DNA of 64,000 nt. It comes from Alphaproteobacteria bacterium (GTDB lineage Bacteria > Pseudomonadota > Alphaproteobacteria > UBA828). Where the stretch lies: positions 608,001-672,000 of the forward strand of contig CBDCRW010000004.1 of NCBI GenBank assembly GCA_965221125.1, in the 5' to 3' direction. Of this stretch, positions 22,223 to 31,673 are shown one piece after another; within the stretch, counting starts at the first letter, position 1, and every line of letters begins with the position of its first letter. The translations under genes and the position numbers were made by a program. Below the pieces are notes generated by a model that was not told the DNA's origin, did no database searches, and saw nothing but the letters and a program-made list of their open reading frames with translations.

Positions 22223-25200
22223 ATGGGTTTTGTGCGAGAGGCGTGGGCGGCGGTTGCGGCTGCCGCGGGCGAGGTCCGGGATCGGGGCTTGACAAGTTGC
22301 CGTGAGGTTCCCGTTATAATCAGCCGGATCGCCGGATCGCCGGATCGCCGGATCGCCGGATCGCCGGATCGCCGGATCGCCGGATCGCCGGATCGCCGGA
22401 TCGCCGGATCGCCGGATCGCCGGATCGCCCCACCTGCGCGCCTGCCGGTCATGATCGGCTCCGCATGGCGGCGGCTCCTCCGGCCTTCATCCCCGCCTGA
22501 GACATCCGCTCCCGCCGGCCGCGGCCTTCGGCGCGGCCTGCTGCCCGCGCTGCTGTGCCTGCCGCTGCTCGCGGGCCTCGCCGCCCCGGCCGCCGCGCAG
22601 ACCACCCCCTCGATCGCTGTGGCCGTCGCGACCTCGCCGACCGAGGGCAACCCTGCTGAATTCGCGCTGAGTGCAACAAGTTCGGGGTCGTGGTCGTCGT
22701 CGCTGACAGTGACCGTGAACGTCGCCCAGACCGGCAATTATGTCGCCGCGAACCATCTGGGCAACAGGGACATCACGATTCCGGCGGGCCAGTTTTACGC
22801 ATCGACGACGTTCTCCATCCCGACGATCGGGGACAATACGGATCAGGCGGAGGGCTCGATCACCGTGACGGTGCAGTCCGGCACCGGCTACACGGTGACT
22901 GGCGGAACGGCCACCGCAAGTGTCGTGGACGACGATCCGGTCGAGGTCTCGCTGACCGGCGGCGGCCGGATCAGGGACGGCAACACGGGCGATTCCGTCA
23001 ACATCGAGATTTCGGTCCCGCGCCCCGTCGACGGCGAACTCATCAGTGTTCCGCTGGTCATGACTTCAGGCACCGGCGCGCAACTGCCCGGGTCGACGAG
23101 CCCGGATTTCAGCTATGCGGTGACGGGAGGAACGGTCACCGCTCAAGCCGGCACGGCCACGCCGGTCCTGCGGTTCGGCACCGGCAGCAGTCGCATGACG
23201 TTGACGCTGACTCCCACGGCGGGCGAGGACAGCGACAGCGCCGATGAAACGATCACCGTCGGCTTTGGGACGTTCACCCAGAGCGTCCAGGGCGTCGGTG
23301 GCGGCGCGAAGGCGCATCCCGCGAACAACAGCGCCACGGTCAGGATCTCCGAGCCCCGGACGATATCGTTCACGGGTGTCGCCACATCGGTGTCCGGGCC
23401 GCTTGATCCCGCCTCGACGGACGGGACCCACTCGGTGAGCGAGAGCGTCGGCGCCTTATGGGTGGAGCTCGCATTGAGCCAGGCCCCGGAGTACACGACC
23501 ACCGTTTATGTCCGGGAGAAGAAGTCCGGCACGACGGCCACGCACCGCCAGGACTACAAACGCAGCGGCACAGGGTTCGGCTGGATCGCGAATTTCGGCG
23601 GCGGCAGTCGCAAGGCGCGGTTCCGGGTCCCGATCGTCGCCGACGGGATCGCCGACGACAAGGAGACGCTGACGCTCGAGATCTACAACGTCAGCAGCAT
23701 CGAACCCAATTTCAGCCTGGGCCACACGATCGACGCGGCCGGAACCTACACGCTCACGATCCGGGACTACACGGCGACCAATGCCAGCGACTATGTCGAC
23801 GTGTGGCTGTCGAAGGACGAATACGAAGTGACCGAGGGCGAGGCGCTCGAGGCGACCGTCCACCTGCAGCATCCGCGGGATGCGGACACCACGATCAACC
23901 TGACCGAGACGCGCGGCACGGCCACGGACGGCACGGACTACACCGCCGGCCCGTACTCCGTCACGGTCCCGGCGGGCAGGACGAGCGCGACCTTCACGGT
24001 CCAGACCACGCAGGACGAGGAGCAGGAACTGGGTGATGAGACATTCCGGGTGCGGATCGACGATTCCAGCCTGCCGGCAGGGTTCGCGACGTCGGACGGG
24101 ACCGGCAGGCCGGAAGAGGCCGTGGTCGAGATCGTCGACGACGAATACACCTTCTGTTTCGGGGCAAACAGCTATTTGGCTCCGGAGGGCGAGGAAGGGG
24201 TCCTGCCGCTCACGTTCTCGCGGCCGTTGCCGCAGGCAGGCTCGTTCCGGTTCCGCTACTTGAACCTGAACGCCAGCGACAGCGACTACACGCGAGTGTT
24301 CGACTTCCCGGTCTTTTTCGATCTCCCCGCGGGGACGGAGGAGTACACGCTCAGGCTCCCAGTCGCCGCGGACCTGCTGTACGAGGACAACGAGCTTCTC
24401 AAGATCACGTCCATTACGCCGACCATTCCGAATGGAATACTCGAATGCTCAACCGACATCATCATCAAGGACCGGAGCCGCGAGGTGGATTTCCAGGCCG
24501 CGGCCTACACGGCCCATGAGGGCCGGGAGGCGGAGGTGGGGATCCGGGTGGTCGAACGGGGAACCGACGATCTCATGACGCTCCGCAAGCCGGTCACGCT
24601 GCACATCGCCGCCACGGGCACGGGCAGCGCCACGGCGGGCACGGACTACGCGGCGGGCCCGTGGACTCTCACCATCCCGGCGGGGGCCTCCAGGGGCGTC
24701 CTGCGGATTCCGGTCCATGCGGACGGGGCCAATGACGACGGGGAGACCATCGATCTGGAGATCAAGCGGGCGACCGGGGGCTCCGGCGTGGCTCCCGGGC
24801 GACAGCTTGGCGACCAGAACGGCAACGTGCTGTCCGCAAACCTCCACGTCCGGGTCAGGGATACCACTGATATGCCCAACGGCGCCGCGACGGTGACGAT
24901 CCAGGGCGCGTCGGGGGCGCCGTCGGGCACGCGGTTGGTATGGATCGAGGCCGGCCCGCAGGTGTCCGAGGGCAGTGACGCCACCTTCACGCTGAAGGCC
25001 GACCCGGCGCCGCTTGCGCCGCTGGATGTCAGCATCCATGTCGGGGATACCGGGACGTCCCAGACACGGCATCTGGCCGAGGAGCACCGGGGCCTGCGGA
25101 CGGCGACCGTCGACACCACGGGGAGCACCGTCTTCACCGTGCCGACGCAGACGAACGGATCGCAGCACACCAGCGCGATCCGGGTGGCGCTGATGGACCC

Positions 25201-28200
25201 GTCCCTGCTGTTCGCCAGCCAGGAGGCCGACTACATGCCGGGCAAGCCGAGCGTGGCCTATGTCGGGGTGGACGCGGCCGTGCCCAAGTTCAAGGCGCAG
25301 CGGGACGCGCTGTCGGCGGTCGCGGAGGCGCCGAGCGCGCCGGTCTCGAACCTCCGGGTGACGGCCGTCGACGCCACGAGCGCGCAGGCGACCTGGGACG
25401 CTGTTCCCCATGCCACGGCCTATCGGCTGGAATGGGAAGGGGGCAGCGAGGGCGACTACATCGGCGGGGGCTCGAACGGCATCACCGGCACCTCGGCGAC
25501 GATCCACCACAATGCCCCGGCGGCGATGACGCTGACGGTCCGGGTGGTCCCGTGGCATGTGGACGACTACGGCCAGGTGCAGATGCACGATGGGCTCGCG
25601 GCCACGGCGACGCTCGCCGTGGGGCCGGCCGATCCGCTGGCCGCCGCGCGGAACGCCTGCGTGCCGGCGAGCGTCCGCTCGGACGTGGAGGGCTATGCGG
25701 GCGAGACGCATTACGGCGCGGCGCATGTGAAACGCTGGAACAGGGCGCTTGCAGCCTTCGGCGTCGACACCGGCGAGACGGCGATGACCGGGGACGAGGC
25801 GCGGGACATGATGGACAAATACACGGCGAAACGCTGGCGGCCGATCGTCGAGGCCATCGAGTGCATCGAGGAGGCGGAGAAGGCCGCCCAGGCGGCGTCC
25901 CTCCCCGAGATCGCGATCTCGGGCGGCGGCGATGTGACGGAGGGGGCGTCGGCGTCCTTCACCGTCACGGCGACGCCTGCGCCGTCTTCGCCGCTCGCGG
26001 TGACGCTGACGGTCGGCCAGAGCGGCGACTTCGCCGCGTCGGGCCAGACCGGCACGAGGCAGGTCACCGTGCCCACGGGGGGCAGCGTGACCGTCCAGGT
26101 CGCGACGGTGGACGATGCGGTGCTGGAGGCCGACGGCTCGGTGAGCGCGACCGTCGCGGCCGGGACCGGCTACAACGTGGCGGCGGCGCCGGCCGATACG
26201 GCTTCGGTCGCGGTCGCCGACGACGACACGCCAGTGGTGAGCATCGCCGCCGGGAACGGGGTGACGGAGGGCAGCCCGGCGTCCTTCACCGTCACGGCCA
26301 GTCCCGCGCCGTCTTCGCCGCTCGCGGTGAAACTGACGGTCGGCCAGAGCGGGGACTATGCCGCCGCCGGCGAGACCGGCGCCAGGGAGGTGACCGTGCC
26401 GACCGGGGGCAGCGCGACCGTGCAGGTGGCGACGGCGGACGACAGCGCGGACGAGCCGGACGGTTCGGTGAGCGTGACCGTCGGGGCCGGAACCGGCTAT
26501 GCGGTGGCGGCCTCGCCGGGCGATACGGCCTCGGTGGCGGTGGCGGACGACGATGCCGCGCCCCCGGTGTCGGAACTCACCATCGGCGATGTGACGGCCA
26601 ATGAGAGCGACCGGCTGATGTGGTTCACGGTCACGCTGAGCCCGGCCTCGGACCGTGCGGTATCGGTCGATTACCGGACCCGGGAGTCGAACCCGGTCTC
26701 GGCGCGCAAGCACGATGACTTTCTGCAGATCGACTTCGGGGATGTCACGTTCAGTCCGGGCGAGACGAGCAAGCGGTTCTGGGTCTACATGTTCGACGAC
26801 GGTCACGACGAGGGATCGGAGACCTTCGAGGTCGCGCTGTCGCATCCGACGGGCGGCGCGAGGATCGCCGACGGGGTGGCGGTCGGCACCATCGTGAACT
26901 CGGACCCGATGCCGGCGGCGTGGCTGGCGCGCTTCGGGCGCACGGCGGCGGAGCAGGCGCTTGACGGCATTGCGGGCCGCATCGCGGCGCCGCGCGAGGC
27001 CGGCGCCCGGGGCACGATTGCCGGGCAGGCGCTGAGCTTCGATCCCGGATCGGGCTCCCCCGGATCGCAGTCCGGGGCGGCGAACGACAACGCGGCCATC
27101 GCCGGCGTCGAAGGCGCCGGGCCGCTGGCGCTGTCCGGCCTCGATACTCCTGCCGCGCGCTTCGGTGCGGGTGGCTTCGGCCATGACGCTCACGGCTTCG
27201 GCCAGGGCTTCGCGCAATCCCGCACCATGACGGGGCTGGAGGCGCTGCTGGGCTCCAGCTTCACCGCGACGGGGGAGACCGACGCCACCGGCGGCAGCCT
27301 CGCCTTCTGGGGCCGCGCGGCGCAGTCGAGCTTCGACGGCCGCGAGGGCACCTTCTCGCTCGACGGCGAGACGACCACGGCGATGCTGGGCGCGGACTAT
27401 GCGCGCGGCAAGTGGCTGGTCGGCCTCGCGCTGATGCAGAGTTCCGGCGAGGGCGGCTATGCCGATGCCGGTACGGGGTCCGTGCGCTGTCCCCAGGACC
27501 TGGATGCGGAGACGCGGGAGGTCCTCTGCGGCGGAGCCGTGCGGGAGGGCGACGGCGACGTTGAGGCGTCGCTGACGGCTGCCGTCCCCTATGCGGCCAT
27601 CCAGGCGTCCGAACGGCTCAGGCTCTGGGGCGTGGCCGGCTACGGCACGGGCGAGGTGACGCTGAAGCCCTCCGTGGGCGGCTCTCTCAGCTCCGACATC
27701 TCCTGGACCATGGCGGCAGCGGGCGCGCGGAGCGACCTGCTGGTCCCGCCGAAGGAAGGCTCCGGTCCCACGCTGGCGCTGACTGCGGACGCCTTGTGGG
27801 CGCGCACGTCCTCGGAGAAGACGCACGAGCTTGCGGCGTCGGACTCCGACGTGACGCGCTTGCGGGTCGGCCTGGAGGGCGGCTACGCCATCGCCACGGA
27901 GGGCGGCGGCCGGATCGTGCCCCGGGTCGAGATCGGCGCGCGCCATGACGGGGGCGACGCGGAGACCGGCTTCGGCGTGGAGCTCGGCGGCGGCATTGCC
28001 TGGACCGATCCGGCGATCGGGCTCTCGCTCGACCTGTCGGGCCGGACGCTGATCGCGCACGGCAACGACGATCTGGAGGACCAGGGCTTCGCGGCCTCGC
28101 TCGCCTTCGATCCGAACCCGGGCACGGAGCGCGGCCTGTCGCTGACGCTCAGCCAGGACTGGGGCGGCTCGGCCAAGGGCGGGCTGGACGCGCTGTTCGC

Positions 28201-28486
28201 GACCGACCCGCTGGCGGACCGTGCGGGTACGGCCGAAGCCACAAGCCGCTGGCAGGCGGAGGCGGCCTACGGCCTCCCGGCCTTCTCGGGACGGTTCACC
28301 GGCAGCCCGCATGTCGGGCTGGGGCTCGCCACGGGCGAACGCGACTACACGCTCGGCTGGCGGCTCTCGCCGGCGGCCAACGCCAACACGCCCGATCTCT
28401 CCTTCGGGGTGAAGGCCACGCGGCGCGAGAGCGAGGGGGTCGAGCCGGAGCACACGGTCGGATTGGAGCTTAGGGCGAACTGGTAA
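22223..28486 (+). CDS. Adhesin A3: Calx-beta/FN3 autotransporter-like protein, in frame through the repeat (ON)
   Basis: GGAGGGGGG SD before ATG 22223. Continuous ORF through the RRIAGSPD repeats to a signal peptide (LAAPAAA|Q) and a barrel ending ELRANW. Confidence 0.85.
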   Translation: MGFVREAWAAVAAAAGEVRDRGLTSCREVPVIISRIAGSPDRRIAGSPDRRIAGSPDRRIAGSPDRRIAPPARLPVMIGSAWRRLLRPSSPPETSAPAGRGLRRGLLPALLCLPLLAGLAAPAAAQTTPSIAVAVATSPTEGNPAEFALSATSSGSWSSSLTVTVNVAQTGNYVAANHLGNRDITIPAGQFYASTTFSIPTIGDNTDQAEGSITVTVQSGTGYTVTGGTATASVVDDDPVEVSLTGGGRIRDGNTGDSVNIEISVPRPVDGELISVPLVMTSGTGAQLPGSTSPDFSYAVTGGTVTAQAGTATPVLRFGTGSSRMTLTLTPTAGEDSDSADETITVGFGTFTQSVQGVGGGAKAHPANNSATVRISEPRTISFTGVATSVSGPLDPASTDGTHSVSESVGALWVELALSQAPEYTTTVYVREKKSGTTATHRQDYKRSGTGFGWIANFGGGSRKARFRVPIVADGIADDKETLTLEIYNVSSIEPNFSLGHTIDAAGTYTLTIRDYTATNASDYVDVWLSKDEYEVTEGEALEATVHLQHPRDADTTINLTETRGTATDGTDYTAGPYSVTVPAGRTSATFTVQTTQDEEQELGDETFRVRIDDSSLPAGFATSDGTGRPEEAVVEIVDDEYTFCFGANSYLAPEGEEGVLPLTFSRPLPQAGSFRFRYLNLNASDSDYTRVFDFPVFFDLPAGTEEYTLRLPVAADLLYEDNELLKITSITPTIPNGILECSTDIIIKDRSREVDFQAAAYTAHEGREAEVGIRVVERGTDDLMTLRKPVTLHIAATGTGSATAGTDYAAGPWTLTIPAGASRGVLRIPVHADGANDDGETIDLEIKRATGGSGVAPGRQLGDQNGNVLSANLHVRVRDTTDMPNGAATVTIQGASGAPSGTRLVWIEAGPQVSEGSDATFTLKADPAPLAPLDVSIHVGDTGTSQTRHLAEEHRGLRTATVDTTGSTVFTVPTQTNGSQHTSAIRVALMDPSLLFASQEADYMPGKPSVAYVGVDAAVPKFKAQRDALSAVAEAPSAPVSNLRVTAVDATSAQATWDAVPHATAYRLEWEGGSEGDYIGGGSNGITGTSATIHHNAPAAMTLTVRVVPWHVDDYGQVQMHDGLAATATLAVGPADPLAAARNACVPASVRSDVEGYAGETHYGAAHVKRWNRALAAFGVDTGETAMTGDEARDMMDKYTAKRWRPIVEAIECIEEAEKAAQAASLPEIAISGGGDVTEGASASFTVTATPAPSSPLAVTLTVGQSGDFAASGQTGTRQVTVPTGGSVTVQVATVDDAVLEADGSVSATVAAGTGYNVAAAPADTASVAVADDDTPVVSIAAGNGVTEGSPASFTVTASPAPSSPLAVKLTVGQSGDYAAAGETGAREVTVPTGGSATVQVATADDSADEPDGSVSVTVGAGTGYAVAASPGDTASVAVADDDAAPPVSELTIGDVTANESDRLMWFTVTLSPASDRAVSVDYRTRESNPVSARKHDDFLQIDFGDVTFSPGETSKRFWVYMFDDGHDEGSETFEVALSHPTGGARIADGVAVGTIVNSDPMPAAWLARFGRTAAEQALDGIAGRIAAPREAGARGTIAGQALSFDPGSGSPGSQSGAANDNAAIAGVEGAGPLALSGLDTPAARFGAGGFGHDAHGFGQGFAQSRTMTGLEALLGSSFTATGETDATGGSLAFWGRAAQSSFDGREGTFSLDGETTTAMLGADYARGKWLVGLALMQSSGEGGYADAGTGSVRCPQDLDAETREVLCGGAVREGDGDVEASLTAAVPYAAIQASERLRLWGVAGYGTGEVTLKPSVGGSLSSDISWTMAAAGARSDLLVPPKEGSGPTLALTADALWARTSSEKTHELAASDSDVTRLRVGLEGGYAIATEGGGRIVPRVEIGARHDGGDAETGFGVELGGGIAWTDPAIGLSLDLSGRTLIAHGNDDLEDQGFAASLAFDPNPGTERGLSLTLSQDWGGSAKGGLDALFATDPLADRAGTAEATSRWQAEAAYGLPAFSGRFTGSPHVGLGLATGERDYTLGWRLSPAANANTPDLSFGVKATRRESEGVEPEHTVGLELRANW
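22289..22320 (+). promoter_or_regulatory. P2 TTGACA-N20-TATAAT, cassette 3
   Basis: As in cassette 1. Confidence 0.45.
22323..22426 (+). repeat. Simple sequence repeat (GCCGGATC)x13
   Basis: 13 perfect units; keeps ATG 22223 in frame with adhesin A3. Confidence 0.97.
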
Positions 28487-28501
28487 TCGCCTCGCCCGGC
28501 G

Positions 28502-29205
28502 ATGGCGCGGCAGGTTCGCGGATGGGACGCCTTGCGGGCCTGGCGCTTCATCCGGGCCAGCAGGGCCTATCGCGACGCCTGGGCGAAGCGCCGCCATCTC
28601 TCCGGCCTGCCGGAACGCGCGCCGTTCCCGGTGCGCCTCCAGACCGCCGCCGATCTCGCGGCCATGGCCTGGGGCATGGCGGCCTTTGAAGACCCCTATG
28701 CGGAGCGGCCGCTCGCGCCGTTCTGGACGCAGGCCGGCGTGATCGACGGCTGGGTGGCGCCGGACGCGCCGCCCCTGGCCCGGCTCGCTGCGGAAGGCGG
28801 GGCGACGCTCACCGGGCTGCGGCTCGGCGACGGCGCGCTGATGCTCCGGATCGAGCGGGAGGGCCGGTCGGTCCAGGTCCGGCTTCCGCGCGGCGCCGCC
28901 TTCCCCGAGGATGGCGGCCTCCTGCTGGTCCGCGAGGTCGCGAGCATCGAGGATGTCTGGCTCGGCGCCCCGGTCCCTCGGCCGGGGCGGGCACGGGGGA
29001 GGAAGGAGACACCGAACTTCTGCTGGCGCTGGAAAGCGAGGCGGACGGGCTCACGCAGCGGCAGGTCGCGGTGCGGCTCTGGGGCTTGGAGCGGGTGGCG
29101 GAGGAGTACCACGACGGCAGCTGGATGCATACCCGCGTCAAGCGCCGCCGGTCCCGCGCGAAGGCGATCCTGAAGCAGTACCGCGACATGGCGCTGGGCA
29201 AGTAG
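28502..29205 (+). CDS. FseA-like (DUF6499 + DUF2285) activator, copy 3. The C-terminal HTH lies in the -1 frame
   Basis: Near-identical to copy 1, with the same frame break near a G-run; the HTH frame ends TAG 29205. Confidence 0.6.
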
Positions 29206-29386
29206 CCCGGAGGCCGCGCCGCGGCGCTTTGCGGCGGTGCGCCGATAGCCGAAATGCCGGGCGTTCGTTTGCCATCGGCACGGAAATCCGGGCCCGGCCG
29301 CCGCGCTTCCGCCTCGCGCACGCCGTATCCGGGGCGCCATGCGGCGCGCGGAAGACGCCGATGAGAGGCTGTAGAGGGGCCGAAGG

Positions 29387-29792
29387 ATGAGCGACGACGA
29401 CCGTGACGACGTCTCCGGCGGCACGAATGCGGCCGAAAAGGCGGGCGGCGTCCGCAAGACGGGGGGCATCCGCTTCCCGGAATCGGAGTGGGAAGAGGTC
29501 AGGCGCGCCGCGCTGGCCACGGAAGGCCCGTCACCTGCAGCTCGTCCGCAAGCCCATCCTCGCGCTCCCATGGAGCCCTGACGGCGCGGATCGGACGCCG
29601 AAGAGCGTCGAACCGGCCCCGGTCGAAGGTTCGATGGCGCCGCCGATCGAGCGGATGTTGCGCTACACCTGGTTCCTGGCGACCGCACGGCGCGACGCGA
29701 TGGTCCGCGAAGGGCGCGGGGACGATCTCGACAGGCTGGTCGCGGAAGCCCGCTCCTTCCAGGACGCGCTGCGCCGGGACGCCGCCGACTGA
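29387..29792 (+). pseudogene. RHH protein copy 4, frameshifted
   Basis: The N-half (29387 frame) and C-half (29403..29792 frame) match copy 1 but lie in different frames. Confidence 0.7.
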
Positions 29793-29855
29793 GCGAAATC
29801 GGCGCCCGCCCGGACCGCATCCGGGCGCGGCCCCCCGGAATCCCGCGTATGTCGC

Positions 29856-30033
29856 GCGTGTATCGGTCGCCGACAGCTGACGCGAGCCTCTTGAGCGACG
29901 CCGCGACGCGCGTGTATCGGTGCGTATGCCGGTCCCCGGTCCGCGTGTATCGGTGCGTGTATCGGTCGATGACACGGACCGACAAAGGCATGCCAGACCC
30001 ATGAGAAACCGCGTGTATCGCACCGATACACGC
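29856..30033. repeat. Iteron-like 12-mer GCGTGTATCGGT cluster (candidate oriT/relaxosome binding sites)
   Basis: Direct copies at 29856, 29910, 29943 and 29955, a partial copy at 30011 and an inverted copy at 30022-30033. Confidence 0.75.
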
Positions 30034-30666
30034 TCGATCCTGCAAGAAGCGGACGCCGGAAGGCGGCGGACGTCCTCCGAAGACGAGGCAAGGATGGGCT
30101 CTGCGCGCGCACGCGCCACCAGCATCAACGATGCGTCGGGTGTGAGACCCAAGGCCCGCCCGGGCGGGTCGGAAGCCTGATTCGCGCTGAACGGGGGATC
30201 GGGAAATCGACGCCGGGGAACCCGGCGGAGGGGAGCCGCGCGGCGATTGAGCGGGCGGGCTCGCCGACGCGAGCGAGGGCACTGGTGCGAAGCACCGTGC
30301 CGAGCGGGTCGGCGGGTGCGGCGGCAGTGCCGCCGACAGTCGTGCCGGGGGAAGTGCGCCGGGCCGTGCGCCGGGATCGGGCCAGCCGGCGATGCACTCA
30401 TGCGCAGCATGGTGCAGCGGCGCGTGACGCGACAGCGGAACGGCGCGACGACGGCGCCCAAGGCAGAAGCAGGGAGCGCGATGCCGGCGGCGTCCGCAGC
30501 GGTGCGAGCGTCAGCGAGCCCCCGGATCGCGGTCCGGGGCAGGCTCCGCGAGAGCGCGGCGCGAAGCGCGCGCGAGGTGTCGGCGTTGCGGTGCGACCGG
30601 TGTGCGCATACGAAAACGGGCCGCGCCGCCGCCGAAGCGACGACGCGGCCCGTCGAGGCGCTGCGG

Positions 30667-31593
30667 TCAGGCCGCGACCTTGTCGACCGGGATGCCGAGC
30701 TCCCTCGCCTTGTCGATGAGGTTCTCGGTGATGCCGGAGCCGGGGAACGCGATGACGCCCTTCGGCAGGAGGTTCAGCAGCTCGTCGTTGCGGCGGAACG
30801 GGGCGGCGCGGCCGTGGCGGTCCCAGTCGGGCTTGCAGACGACCTGGTGGACGCCGTTCTTCTCGGCCCAGCCCGCCGCGATCTTCTCGACGCCGGGGGC
30901 GCCGCCGTGGACGAGCACCATGTCGGCGTATTTCTCGCGGACCTTGTCGAGGCGCTCGATCACCGCCGCCGGGTTGGCGACGTCCTTGCCGCCGGCGATG
31001 GCGACGAGGGTGCCCTGCGGCAGATGGGCCTGGGTCTTGCGGTCCTTCTTCGCGCGGATGTAGTCGCGGGCGTCGATGGCCGCCGAGGTCAGATGGCCGG
31101 TCTGCGAGACGTGGCTGCCGCGCCGGGGCCGCCATGTGTTTCCGGTGACGGTGCGGTAGCTCTCGGCGGTGGCGTCGCGCATGGCCTCGAAGGCGTCGCG
31201 CCGCGCGGTGAGGTTCTGCGCGCGGTCGGTGGTCAGCTCCAGCTCGAACGACTTGATCTCGGAGCCGTCCTGCTCGCGCTGGAGGTCGCGGAGGTCGGGC
31301 ATGAGCCTGTCGGCGGCGCGGTCGAGGCGCTGGGTCTGGGCGTCGAGCATGTTGACGAAGCCCCAGAGCAGGCTCTCGCGCTCGTCGGCAAGCTGGAACC
31401 CGTCCGGTGCGACGGCGTCGGCGAGGAGACCGAAGGCTTCCTGCATGGCGCCGATCGCTTCGTCCTCGTCCCAGACGTCGCGGGTGTCGAACTCGTCGCG
31501 CCCGGGGGTGGCGCCGTAGAGGGCGGCGTTCTCGCAGACGGTCGCGGTGGCGGACTGTCCGCGTTTCTCGATGATGTCGATATCGAAGATCAT
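30667..31593 (-). CDS. DUF2493 (YspA/SLOG-like) domain protein
   Basis: C-terminal IAGGKD..LVHGGAPGVEKIAAGWA..PDW.RHGRAAPFRRN..IAFPGSG SLOG motifs. Confidence 0.8.
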   Translation of the reverse strand: MIFDIDIIEKRGQSATATVCENAALYGATPGRDEFDTRDVWDEDEAIGAMQEAFGLLADAVAPDGFQLADERESLLWGFVNMLDAQTQRLDRAADRLMPDLRDLQREQDGSEIKSFELELTTDRAQNLTARRDAFEAMRDATAESYRTVTGNTWRPRRGSHVSQTGHLTSAAIDARDYIRAKKDRKTQAHLPQGTLVAIAGGKDVANPAAVIERLDKVREKYADMVLVHGGAPGVEKIAAGWAEKNGVHQVVCKPDWDRHGRAAPFRRNDELLNLLPKGVIAFPGSGITENLIDKARELGIPVDKVAA

Positions 31594-31673
31594 GTCGATT
31601 TCCTTTCGGTTTCACGTTCGGGGCCGATCCCCGATGTGATGTCCTGTTGGGTCACGCGCGCGCAGCAGAAGCA

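Noticed and set aside
6923-28486. Diversity-generating retroelement or shufflon acting on the adhesins
   Set aside because: No reverse transcriptase, no adenine-specific TR/VR pair and no inverted cassettes. The recombinases in the window belong to self-contained GInt and RIT elements.
2731-28597. Very long minus-strand ORFs (2731..7233, 7020..12284, 14630..19705, 24449..28597)
   Set aside because: Antisense shadows of real GC-rich genes; Arg/Gly/Ala-rich with no motifs.
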